A stretch of DNA of 64,000 nt from an uncultured Acidobacteriota bacterium (GTDB lineage Bacteria > Acidobacteriota > Terriglobia > Bryobacterales > UBA6623). Numbering within the stretch: position 1 is the stretch's first letter; the number at the start of each line of letters is the position of its first letter. A program made the translations under genes and the position numbers. A model generated the notes under the pieces. The model was not told where the DNA came from and did not search any database. It saw only the letters and a list, made by a program, of their open reading frames with translations. The stretch covers positions 93,920 to 157,919 of the forward strand of contig CAWFOP010000009.1 in NCBI GenBank assembly GCA_963817465.1, in the 5' to 3' direction. This document shows positions 8,545 to 17,743 of the stretch, in pieces.

Positions 8545-11500
8545 TCACAGGTCTCTCAAAACGTATTCCAGGGCGGTCCGTTCTCCTTCGCGCCAGGTCC
8601 CGTTGAAGTCCTTCCCCAGCTCTTGCCTCAACCGCCCTACTTGCTCCAGGAACCAGGGGCGCTGCACCCCCGGCAGCGGCGAATGGAGGCGGCCCCTCAG
8701 GCTCGAAGCAGCCGCCAGGATGGTCGCCGCTCGCGGCGAGCCGATCAGATCCGACCGCAGCGCGGCCAAGGCTTCGGCGCACTGCGCCAGACCGAGTTGG
8801 TCGCCGATGTCCATCCGTATCGACAAGCTCTCCCGAAGCATCGCCAGCGCGTCGCGATGCCGCCCTTCCGCCGTCGCGACGCAGGCAAGCTCGTAGAGAC
8901 CCCAAGCGGTTCCCCACAGCGAGCTCGTCTCGCGCCAAATCGCGAGCCCTTCGCGGGCACGTTCGCCCGCCAGCCGCAGATCACCGGCCATCCGTGAGCC
9001 CCGCCCCAGCAGCAGATGGATCCAGCCGATCGTCGATCGATGCCCGCTGCGCTGCCAATTGTCGAGTGCGCGCAGCAGTAAATCCTCGGCTTGACCCGCC
9101 TCAGAGTTGTTTTGCAACAGAGTCGCCCGGTTCACGAGCGCCCAACCGGCGATCACGTCATCGCCGACATCCCCTAAAATCGCTTCCCCCTCTTCGATCA
9201 GCGCCAGCGCCGGCTCCTCCCTGCCGAGCTCGCGCTCCGCCCAGGCGAGATTGATCGCAGCTAGCGCGATCCCGCGCGTATCCGCCGCTTTGCGCCGCAA
9301 CTCCAGGCTGCGCCCGAAATACGAATGAGCAGCGGCAAAGTCGCCCTGAAAGCTAGCCGTCCAACCCAGATTGTTGAGCGCGACGGCCTGACCTCTGGCG
9401 TCGCCCAGCTCGGTGTGCTGTGCGAGGGCTTCTTCGGAGAGCGAGCGCGCCGCCGGGTAGCGGCTCAGCTCGCAGTTGAGCCATGCCAGGCTGTTGAGCG
9501 CGGTCGCCAGGCCCGACGCATCCCCGGCACTTCTCCATAAGGCCAGGCACTCCGCGAAGAGCGTCTTGGCGCGCACGTTTTCTCCGCGGTAGTGAACCAG
9601 CGTCGCGACGCCGTGCAGCGCCCGCGCCCGCAGGCCGGGATCGGCGCCTTCGAGCGGCAGCGCCAGCAGTTCGTCGACACGCCGGCGGCCTTCGCCGATG
9701 TGCCCGCGGCTCACCCAAAAGCGCCACAGGGCGGCGACCAGCCGCAAAGCCTGTTCAGCATCACGGGCGGCCATGGAGCGGTCGAGCGCAGCGCGCAGAT
9801 TGTCATGCTCCTCATCCAGCCGATCGAGCCATGCCGCCTGGTCGACGCCGGTCAACTGCGGCTCGGCGTTTTCAGCCAAGGACAGGAACCAGTCCAAGTG
9901 CCTCTGTTCGGCCCTCTCGAGATTTCCCGCCGCCGCAAGACGCTCCAAAGCGAATTCACGAATCGTCTCCAACATGCCGAGACGCACTTCGCCGGTCGGA
10001 TTCTCCGCGCGGCGCACCAAGCTCTGATCGATCAAAGCCGCGGCGATATCGGCGACGTCCTCGTCTTCGACTTGCTCTCGGCAGACGGTCTCGATCGCCT
10101 CCAGCGACGCTCCGCCGGAAAACACCGCCAGACTCTGAAAGACGCATTGCTGCTGGGGCGTCAGAAGCTCGTAACTCCACTCGATCGCTTCTCTGAGAGC
10201 CTGGTGCCGACCCGGGAGGTCACGGATGCCGCCGCGCAGGACATCCAGCCGCCGGCGCAGCTTGACCAGCAACCCCTCCGGCGAAAACATGCGGATCCGT
10301 ACGGCTGCAAGCTCGATCGCCAGCGGCAGCCCGTCGAGCCGCTCGCATATCGCGGCGACGGCGGCGGCGTTTTTTGGCGTCAGCTTGAAATCCGGCTTCG
10401 CCGCCTGCGCCCGTTCCACGAACAGTGCGACCGACGGATTCCGCGAGAGCGCGTCAGCGTCGAGACTCGACGTTTGCGGCAGCGGCAGCGGATTCACCGG
10501 GTACTCGCGTTCGCCCGACAAGCGCAGCGGACCGCGGCTGGTCACGAGGATTTTCAGGTGCGGCAGCTCTGCGAGCAACTCGGCGACGATCGGCGCCCCC
10601 TCGAGAACCTGCTCGAAGTTGTCGAGGATCAGGAGCAAGCGCTTGCCCGCCAGGGCCTCGCGCAGCCGCTCGAAGGCGTCCATCGCGGCGGTCTCCGGCA
10701 CGCCCAGCTCGCTCGCGATGGCGGCCGCAAGCAGCCGCGGCTCTCGAACCGCGGCCAGCGGCACGAACAGCGCCCCGTCCGGAAAGCCTTCGCCCTGGCG
10801 CCGCCCCATCTCGATCGCCAATCGAGTCTTGCCCGCCCCTCCCGGCCCGGTAAGCGTCAGCAGTCGCCCGGCCGCCAGCGAGCGCTGAATCTCGTCCATC
10901 TCCGTGTCGCGGCCGATGAAGGAATTCAGCGGCGTCGGCACGCGAATCGGCGCGGCGTGCGATCCGCGCCGAGGTTCGGTCAGCGCCTCGAGCTCGTCGA
11001 TCAAGCGGCCGGCGGACGCTACGCGATCGGCCGGCCGCTTGGCGAGCAGGCGGTCGACCAGATCCGAAACCGGAAGCGGCAAGTCGGTCCTCAATTCGAC
11101 TAGAGGACGATGCGGCTCGTGAACGATGTCGTAGAACAGAACGGACTCGTGCTCGGCGTGGAACGGTCGCCGGCCGCTCAACATCTCGTACAGAGAAACG
11201 CCCAGCGCCCACAGGTCCGTCGCGGCGCTCACCTCCTGGCCCAGGAGCTGTTCCGGAGACATGTACACAACCGTGCCGATCCGAGCCGAAGGGTCTTCGC
11301 TGTCTCCGAGTTTCGCGATACCGAAATCGAGAATCTTGACGCTTTGCGACTTGGTCACGAACAAGTTGCCCGGCTTGATGTCGCGGTGAATGATGCCGGC
11401 CTCATGGGCGCACGCGAGCCCGCGCGCCGCCTGCAGGGCGATATCCAACGCGAGGTTGAGCTCGAGCGGCTCGGCGGCGAGCATTTGCGCGGCCGTCTCG

Positions 11501-11997
11501 CCCTCGTAGTAGGCCATCGCCAGGTAGAGGCGGTCGTCATCGGTTTCGCCGATGTCGTAAATGGTGCAGATGTTGGCGTGATCGAGCGCCGAAGCCGCGC
11601 GGGCTTCGATAAAGAACCGCTGCTCGGCCACAGGATCGGATCGCAGCTTTCCCGGCAGGAATTTAAGAGCCACCTTGCGCTGCAAACGCGGGTCGTGCGC
11701 CAGGTAAACGACTCCCATGCCGCCGCGCCCCACCTCGCCGATCAGCTCATAGGGACCGATTTTTCCACCCTTGGCAATCTCGATCCCGACGGTCAAAGGC
11801 GCGCCCGCCGCCGTCTTTGAGCGCTCGAGCACGCCTTCGGCGCGTTCGTGCGCGGCGAGCAGCCGGCCCACCTCTTCGCGGATCTCGGCGTCCGCGCAGC
11901 TCGAGGCGAGCCACTCCGACCGCCGCTCCGCGGGCTGATCGAGCGCCTCTTCGAACAGCGCCGACACCTGTTCCCAATTGGATTCGTCCGCCATCAA
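8545..11997 (-). CDS. Ser/Thr protein kinase fused to a STAND/NB-ARC-like P-loop NTPase and C-terminal TPR repeats
   Basis: 1150-aa ORF. Kinase motifs 'GRGGMGVVYLAHD', 'VALKFL', 'HRDIKPGNLFV', 'DFGIAK', 'YMSPEQ'. P-loop 'LTGPGGAGKTRLA' with 'LLILDNFEQV'. The C-terminal third has repeated TPR-like units ('LNSLAW', 'LNNLGW', 'AINLAW'). Confidence 0.9.
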   Translation of the reverse strand: MMADESNWEQVSALFEEALDQPAERRSEWLASSCADAEIREEVGRLLAAHERAEGVLERSKTAAGAPLTVGIEIAKGGKIGPYELIGEVGRGGMGVVYLAHDPRLQRKVALKFLPGKLRSDPVAEQRFFIEARAASALDHANICTIYDIGETDDDRLYLAMAYYEGETAAQMLAAEPLELNLALDIALQAARGLACAHEAGIIHRDIKPGNLFVTKSQSVKILDFGIAKLGDSEDPSARIGTVVYMSPEQLLGQEVSAATDLWALGVSLYEMLSGRRPFHAEHESVLFYDIVHEPHRPLVELRTDLPLPVSDLVDRLLAKRPADRVASAGRLIDELEALTEPRRGSHAAPIRVPTPLNSFIGRDTEMDEIQRSLAAGRLLTLTGPGGAGKTRLAIEMGRRQGEGFPDGALFVPLAAVREPRLLAAAIASELGVPETAAMDAFERLREALAGKRLLLILDNFEQVLEGAPIVAELLAELPHLKILVTSRGPLRLSGEREYPVNPLPLPQTSSLDADALSRNPSVALFVERAQAAKPDFKLTPKNAAAVAAICERLDGLPLAIELAAVRIRMFSPEGLLVKLRRRLDVLRGGIRDLPGRHQALREAIEWSYELLTPQQQCVFQSLAVFSGGASLEAIETVCREQVEDEDVADIAAALIDQSLVRRAENPTGEVRLGMLETIREFALERLAAAGNLERAEQRHLDWFLSLAENAEPQLTGVDQAAWLDRLDEEHDNLRAALDRSMAARDAEQALRLVAALWRFWVSRGHIGEGRRRVDELLALPLEGADPGLRARALHGVATLVHYRGENVRAKTLFAECLALWRSAGDASGLATALNSLAWLNCELSRYPAARSLSEEALAQHTELGDARGQAVALNNLGWTASFQGDFAAAHSYFGRSLELRRKAADTRGIALAAINLAWAERELGREEPALALIEEGEAILGDVGDDVIAGWALVNRATLLQNNSEAGQAEDLLLRALDNWQRSGHRSTIGWIHLLLGRGSRMAGDLRLAGERAREGLAIWRETSSLWGTAWGLYELACVATAEGRHRDALAMLRESLSIRMDIGDQLGLAQCAEALAALRSDLIGSPRAATILAAASSLRGRLHSPLPGVQRPWFLEQVGRLRQELGKDFNGTWREGERTALEYVLRDL

Positions 11998-12019
11998 TCG
12001 AGCCGTCGATCGGCGGCCT

Positions 12020-12598
12020 TCATTTCGCGTCGCCGTAGATCTCGCGATAAAGCCAGGCCCGCGCTTTAGCCCAGTCGCGTTGAACCGTCCGCGTTGTGAC
12101 GCCCAGCAGCTCGGCGATCTCGGTTTCCGTCATTCCGCCGAAGAAGCGGTACTCGACGAGCTGCCGCAGCCGCGGGTCCACCTTCTCGAGCCTATCGAGC
12201 GACTCGTCGAGGGCCAGCATCTCTTCCGGCCGCGCGTTCACTCCGAATTGCTTGTCGTCGAGCGAGGTCTTGTGCCAATCGCCGCCGCGCTTCTCGGCGT
12301 TCTTTCGGCGCGCATGATCGACCAGAATTTGGCGCATCGCGCGCGCCGCAATGCGAAAGAAGTGTGTGCGGTCTTCGGCGGGATTGGCGCCGTGGTCGGC
12401 CATTTTGAGATAGGCCTCGTTGACCAGCGCGGCCGTCGCCAGGGTGTGTCCGGGACGCTCGCGACCAAGTTGACGCCGCGCGACTCGTCGCAGCTCGGAA
12501 TAGACCAGCGGGTAAAGCTGGTCGAAGGCCTGGCTGTCGCCTTCGCGCAGCCGGCCCAATAGCTGCGTGACGTCGCCGCGGTTTTCGGATGAGTCCAT
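12020..12598 (-). CDS. ECF-type RNA polymerase sigma factor (TIGR02999-like subgroup, kinase-associated)
   Basis: ORF 12020..12784(-), trimmed to ATG 12598 ('MDSSENRGDVTQLLGRLREGD'). Has 'ALVNEAYLKM' (region 2) and 'ELLGVTTRTVQRDWAKARAWL' (region 4.2 HTH). Its stop lies 22 nt upstream of the kinase ATG. Confidence 0.88.
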   Translation of the reverse strand: MDSSENRGDVTQLLGRLREGDSQAFDQLYPLVYSELRRVARRQLGRERPGHTLATAALVNEAYLKMADHGANPAEDRTHFFRIAARAMRQILVDHARRKNAEKRGGDWHKTSLDDKQFGVNARPEEMLALDESLDRLEKVDPRLRQLVEYRFFGGMTETEIAELLGVTTRTVQRDWAKARAWLYREIYGDAK

Positions 12599-12741
12599 GC
12601 GTCCTGGCCCCGTACTTTCTCCTGTCGGGTTTGGCGAACGATCCGCGCAAGCTCCCAGTGGGGACACCGACCCGGCGGCGCCGTGGAGTGTAGACGCCGC
12701 AACGTAATTATCGCAGCACTTTTCGCACAGGAGGACAGCCC

Positions 12742-13848
12742 ATGTCAGCAGTCGCAAGAATCTCGCCGGTTCTCGACGCTTCAAAACGAGACGCCTTCGT
12801 CGAGGATCTTCTCGAAGCTTCGGGAGGCGTGTTCAAAATGTTCGCGATCTACCTCGGCGACCGCCTAGGCCTGTACGATGCGATGGCCGACGGCCGGCTG
12901 CGCACCGCCGCGCAGCTGGCTGAGCGCGCCGGGATCAACCCGCGCTATGCGCGAGAGTGGCTCGAACAGCAGACCGTGTGCGGCGTCATCGAGGTCGACA
13001 ACGCGTGGGACGCTTCCGAGGCGCGTCGCTACCGCCTGCCTCCCGAACACGCCGAGGCGCTGACCGAGCGCGAGAGCCTCAACTACCTGGCGCCGCTGGC
13101 TCAACTGCTCGCCGGGGCCGTCAAGCCGATCGAGCGCACGGTTGAGGCTTACCGCAACGGCGGCGGCGTGCCCTATGAAGACTACGGCCGCGACCTGCGT
13201 GAGGGCCAGGGCCGCATGAACCGGGCGATGTTCCTGTACCAGCTCGGCTGGGAGTGGCTGCCGTCGATTCCGGACGTTCATGCGCGCCTCCAGAGCGCGA
13301 CGCCCGCCCGCATCGCCGACGTCGGCTGCGGCTACGGCTACTCCTCGATCGGAATGGCAAAAAGCTATCCGCACGCCGTCGTCGACGGCTTCGACCTGGA
13401 TGAGGCGTCCGTCGAAGAGGCGCGGAGGAACGCGCGGGAGCACGGCGTCGCGGACCGCGTATGCTTTCACGCCCGAGACGCGGGCGATCCCGAGTTAGGC
13501 GGCCGCTACGACCTGGTCACAGCCCTCGAATGCGTCCATGACATGTCGGATCCCATCGGGACACTGGCGTCCGCCCGGCGGATGCTGCGCCCCGGCGGAA
13601 GCGTTATCGTGGCCGATGAGCGCGTCGCCGAGCGTTTCAACCCTGCAGGCGGCGAGATCGATTGGATGATGTACGGCTGGAGCGTGCTGCATTGTTTGCC
13701 GGTCGGCATGGCCGACCAACCGTCGAGCTGCACCGGGACCGTGATGCGGCCGTCGACGCTGGAACGCTACTCCCGCGAGGCCGGATTCATCGAATTCGAA
13801 ATCCTGCCAATCGATAACTTCTTCCTGCGCTTTTACCGAATGCGCTAG
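12742..13848 (+). CDS. Class I SAM-dependent methyltransferase with N-terminal winged-helix-like domain
   Basis: 368-aa ORF with AGGAGGA just upstream. Motif I 'IADVGCGYGYSS', 'GFDLDEASV', 'LRPGGSVIVAD'. Confidence 0.85.
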   Translation: MSAVARISPVLDASKRDAFVEDLLEASGGVFKMFAIYLGDRLGLYDAMADGRLRTAAQLAERAGINPRYAREWLEQQTVCGVIEVDNAWDASEARRYRLPPEHAEALTERESLNYLAPLAQLLAGAVKPIERTVEAYRNGGGVPYEDYGRDLREGQGRMNRAMFLYQLGWEWLPSIPDVHARLQSATPARIADVGCGYGYSSIGMAKSYPHAVVDGFDLDEASVEEARRNAREHGVADRVCFHARDAGDPELGGRYDLVTALECVHDMSDPIGTLASARRMLRPGGSVIVADERVAERFNPAGGEIDWMMYGWSVLHCLPVGMADQPSSCTGTVMRPSTLERYSREAGFIEFEILPIDNFFLRFYRMR

Positions 13849-13875
13849 CGACCGCGCCGTCCTCCGCGAAGAACG

Positions 13876-15187
13876 CTACTTCGCGAAATAGAGGTTGATG
13901 GCGCGGTTGATATCGTCGGGGTGCAGGCGAGGGTCGCGACCTTCATACTTCGCGATATTTCCCAAGATGTGCACGACGTCGCGCGGATAGCAGGCGCGCA
14001 GTACGGTCGTGCGTCCTTCGCTGAGGCACTTCTCGCGAACGTAGGCGGAGTGCTGCGGACTCCAGGGGATCTTCTCGTTTTCGCAAACCGCTTTGAGAAT
14101 GGCGTCGAAAATGTCGGGGGTGATGACGTCGACCTTGATCTTGTTTTGAATGCGGCGCAGGAACGCTTCGTCGGCGAGCTGGCGCGGGTCTAGGTTCGTC
14201 GAGAACACGACGAGAGTTTCGAACGGCACGGGAATCTTGATGCCGGTGCGCAGCGACAGAAAGTCGACGCCGCGGTCCAGGGGCACGATCCAGCGATTGA
14301 GCAAGTCGCGCGGGTTGATCATCTGACGCCCGAAGTCGTCGATGATGAACAAGCCGTTGTTCGCTTTCATCTGCAAGGGCGCGGTGTAGTAGCCCAGGTT
14401 GGTCTCGAAACGCAGCTCGAGCATTTCCGGAACCATCTCGCCGCCGACGGCGATGCAAGGTCGCGAGCAACGAATCCAGCGCGGGTCGACGCCGTCGTTT
14501 TGTTCGAGTGCGCGGTGCACGACCGAATCGTGGACATTGATGATCTGACCCTCGACTTCCACGGCGTAGGGCAAATACACTTCGTCGTCGAAGATGCGCA
14601 CCAGACGCTCGGCGATCGACGTCTTGCCGTTGCCGGTCGAGCCGTACAGAAATATCTGGGAATTGGAGATAACGGCCGGACCGATCTGGTCGAGAATTTC
14701 GTCGGTCAGCACCAAGTCATGGAAAACCTTTTGCAGGCGTTCCCGATTGATCTTGTGTTTGGCGGCCTGACGACGTACGGCGTCAACGTAGGTAGTCGAG
14801 CGGCACCGGCGCGGGGCCGACATATTGGCTGATCGAATAACGGTCTTGGGCGACGCGGCGTCCGGGGCCGCTCAAGGTCAACGAGTAGTCGTTGCCCACC
14901 ATGCCCTTGACCTCGACGAACTGTTCCTTCCGCAGATGGGTGAAAATCTGGTTCGCTACGGCGATGTGGACCTTGAGGCGGGCCGCGATCTTGCTCAGGG
15001 AGCACTCTCCCTCGAGCATGATCATCTTGAGCATGATGTCCACGAGGACATTCTTCGATATGCCCAAGTCGTCGATTTTCTGCGGGACCGGGGGCTCGAA
15101 CTTTCCGGTTTGCTTTTGACCGCTGGAGCTACTCGCCGTTTCGAAGACGCTTGCCGCACTCATGACTGTGGCCAGGCTACCAGCCAA
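13876..15187 (-). pseudogene. AAA+ family ATPase with N-terminal winged-helix-like domain, function unknown; split by a +1 frameshift as sequenced
   Basis: ORFs 14783..15187(-) ('...DLGISKNVLVDIMLKMIMLEGECSLSKIAARLKV...SQYVGPAPVPLDYLR*') and 13876..14823(-) ('...YVDAVRRQAAKHK...FLYGSTGNGKTSIAERL...LFIIDDFGRQ...LNRWIVPLD...DEAFLRRI'). Natural-looking sequence switches frame inside 14786-14797. Span is 1312 nt (3n+1). Two overlapping genes cannot be fully excluded. Confidence 0.65.
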
Positions 15188-15278
15188 CCCGAGCAGCCGA
15201 ATATCAGGCTAAACTCTGAGGCCGGTCGGCGAACAAGCCTAGGATTTGTCCGAGTCGCGGCCGCACTGGCGCCGGACG

Positions 15279-16415
15279 CTAGTCCTTGCGAGTCAGGTCG
15301 AGGGCCGATTGCAGCTTCTCGCCGAACAAGCTCCCGGTCTGCTCCGGTTGCGGCTTCGGGCCCGCGGCGTTCGGAAGCGGCGGCGGGGCGGGAGGCGGAG
15401 CCGCCCGCGCGCTCTCGGGAGCGGACGCCTGCGCAGCGGGTTCGGCTTCGGGCGTAGCCAAGAAGCGCGCTTTGTTGAGCAGGGTGCGCTCGAGCGAGGG
15501 ATTGTAGCGCGTCCAGTAGGAGTCCACCAGTCCTTCGGAGGCGACCGTGGCGCGCATGCTTTCGAGCTTCGAGTCCAGGTCGTCGATATAGCTCAGCGCA
15601 AGCGCCTCGGGGAACATCGGCAGCTTCGGCGAGCCGAACTCATAGCGCCCGTGGTGGCTCAGCACCATGTGCTCGACGAGCCGCCGCAGCTTCTGCGGGA
15701 AGTCCGGCAGGTCGCGGCACTTGCCATCGATCCACTGCAGCACGATCGTGATGTGCCCCAAAAGCTGGCCGTCGTCGCTGTAGCCGAACGAGCGGCCGTA
15801 GGTCAGCTCGTCGATCTTGCCCAGGTCATGCAAAACGACGCCGGTCTGCAGCAGCTCGACATCGAGGTAGTCGTAATTCGAGGCCACCAGTCGGGCCAAG
15901 TGGAGCAGCGAAATCACGTGCTCGAGCAGCCCGCCGACGAAAGCGTGATGCAACGATTTCGCGGCCGGCGCCACCTTGAACTTCTCCGCGAATTCAGGGT
16001 CGTCGAGAAAGGACTTGAGCAAGGCCCTCAGGTGCGGGTTTTCAAAGCCGTCCACCACGGCGGTCAGCTCGGCGAACATCTCGTCGATGTTGCGCTTGGT
16101 GTGGGGGATGAAGTCGGACAGATCGACTTCGCTGTCGGCGGCCTTGCGCAGCTTGTGGATGATCAGTTGCAGCTTATCGCGATAGACCTGGACGGCGGCC
16201 TTGACCTTGATGAAGTCGTCACGCTCGAAGGTGTCGGCCACCTCCTCGACGTTGTCCCACATCTTGGCTTCGATCGAGCCGCTGCTGTCGGAAAGAACAA
16301 GCGCCAAGTACGGTTCGCCGCTCGACTTCTTCGCGCGGACCTCCTTGCCCTGAACAAGTAAGTAGGTCGTAAGACGAGAGTCGGCCTCGAAGTCCTGAAC
16401 GAAGATTTCTTTCAC
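15279..16415 (-). CDS. OB-fold + HD-domain phosphohydrolase (YhaM-like 3'-5' exoribonuclease family)
   Basis: 378-aa ORF. N-terminal OB-like segment, then HD motifs 'HHAFVGGLLEH', 'VVLHDLGK', 'LSHHGRYEFGSP'. Pro/Ala-rich C-terminal tail. Confidence 0.8.
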   Translation of the reverse strand: MKEIFVQDFEADSRLTTYLLVQGKEVRAKKSSGEPYLALVLSDSSGSIEAKMWDNVEEVADTFERDDFIKVKAAVQVYRDKLQLIIHKLRKAADSEVDLSDFIPHTKRNIDEMFAELTAVVDGFENPHLRALLKSFLDDPEFAEKFKVAPAAKSLHHAFVGGLLEHVISLLHLARLVASNYDYLDVELLQTGVVLHDLGKIDELTYGRSFGYSDDGQLLGHITIVLQWIDGKCRDLPDFPQKLRRLVEHMVLSHHGRYEFGSPKLPMFPEALALSYIDDLDSKLESMRATVASEGLVDSYWTRYNPSLERTLLNKARFLATPEAEPAAQASAPESARAAPPPAPPPLPNAAGPKPQPEQTGSLFGEKLQSALDLTRKD

Positions 16416-16436
16416 GGAACTTCGATGATAAGGCGC

Positions 16437-17615
16437 CTATTCGGGGTCCGCGGGCTGTTTACCCACTTCGGACTTCGAATCTTTATCCTTTTTATCGTCG
16501 TTCTTGTCTCCGCCGCCCATCGGGATGATCCAGAGCAGGCGCTTCTTCTTCTTTTTCTCGAGGACTTCGTCGCGAGTCGTGGTGACCGGCGCGAGCTTGG
16601 CCGGGTCGGTCCAGGACGTATCTTGGCCGGGAGCCGCGGAGCTGTCCATGTACCCGGGGCGAATCTCGATGTAGGCGTCCTGGCGCAACGAGGTCAAGTA
16701 CTCGCGAACGGCGGGGCCGTACTTCGGAGCGCTGAGCCGACTACGGATTTCATCCTGTACTTCCTCGAGCTCGGCCAGGCCCTGGTGGTAGCGGTCGAGC
16801 ACCTTGAGGATCAGGTAGCCGCGCTGCACGGGGATCAGATCGGTGATGTAGCCGGGGTTCTTGTCGAAGACGCGGTCCTCGATTTCCTTCATCAGGCTGC
16901 CGCGGCGGAAGATGCCGATGTCGCCCCCGGCTTCCTTGGAGGCTTCGCTGTCGGACAAGCGCCGGGCCATTTCGGCGAACGGCTCGCCGCGGGCGACGCG
17001 GTCGTGAACCTCCTTCGCCTTCTTTTCGAATTCGTCGTCCGAGAGCCCTTCCTTCGCGATCAGGATCTCGGCCAGGCGGACGCCATCGTCACGTACGAAC
17101 TCGTCCTTGTGCTCGTCGTAATACTTCTGGACTTCTTCCTTGGTCACGACGATGCGGCTGCCGACTTCCTGGCCCAAGACCGCTTGGGAGAGGAACTGCT
17201 CGCGCATGCGGTCCATCAAGTCTTCGACCGGCATCCCGGTTTGGTCGTGAGCCCAGTTTTCGAACTCGTCGATCGTCTTGAGGTTGTAGCGCTGCATGAT
17301 CTGCTCGCGCTGCTGCAGGACCTGGCTCTCGACGTTGATGTTGAGCTCCTTCCCGCGCTGCACCAGCAGGCGCTCGTCGATCAGGTCGCGCAGCACGTTC
17401 TTCTCGCGCTCGGCGGCCTGGGCGTGCTTTTCTTCGTCAGTCAGGCGGTCGTTGCGGGCGAGCTCGCCGGCGATATCTCGGGCGAACTTCTCATAGTCCG
17501 AGCGCAGGATGATGTCGCCGTTCACCTTGGCGATGATCTCCTCGACGACCAGGGTTTCGGCCGAGGCGAGCGAGAGCGCGAAGATGCCCAGCAGGGCGAG
17601 ACGTAACAGCTTCAT
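16437..17615 (-). CDS. SurA-like periplasmic chaperone / parvulin-type peptidyl-prolyl isomerase
   Basis: ORF 16437..17708(-), trimmed to ATG 17615 (signal peptide 'MKLLRLALLGIFALSLASA'). 'IIAKVNGDIILRSDYE' resembles SurA_N. Parvulin block 'GGDIGIFRRGSLMKEIEDRVF...RGYLILKVLD'. Confidence 0.8.
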   Translation of the reverse strand: MKLLRLALLGIFALSLASAETLVVEEIIAKVNGDIILRSDYEKFARDIAGELARNDRLTDEEKHAQAAEREKNVLRDLIDERLLVQRGKELNINVESQVLQQREQIMQRYNLKTIDEFENWAHDQTGMPVEDLMDRMREQFLSQAVLGQEVGSRIVVTKEEVQKYYDEHKDEFVRDDGVRLAEILIAKEGLSDDEFEKKAKEVHDRVARGEPFAEMARRLSDSEASKEAGGDIGIFRRGSLMKEIEDRVFDKNPGYITDLIPVQRGYLILKVLDRYHQGLAELEEVQDEIRSRLSAPKYGPAVREYLTSLRQDAYIEIRPGYMDSSAAPGQDTSWTDPAKLAPVTTTRDEVLEKKKKKRLLWIIPMGGGDKNDDKKDKDSKSEVGKQPADPE

Positions 17616-17743
17616 GGATATGGGGTTTCCCGGCGCGCCGGGACGCGCCGTCTTCATGGTAACGGTTTCGTTTGAGCGTGACAAAAGGGTTCGGAAACGA
17701 AAGCTCAATGCGCGCTACAAAGTCCGCCCCTAAACCGCAGGGC

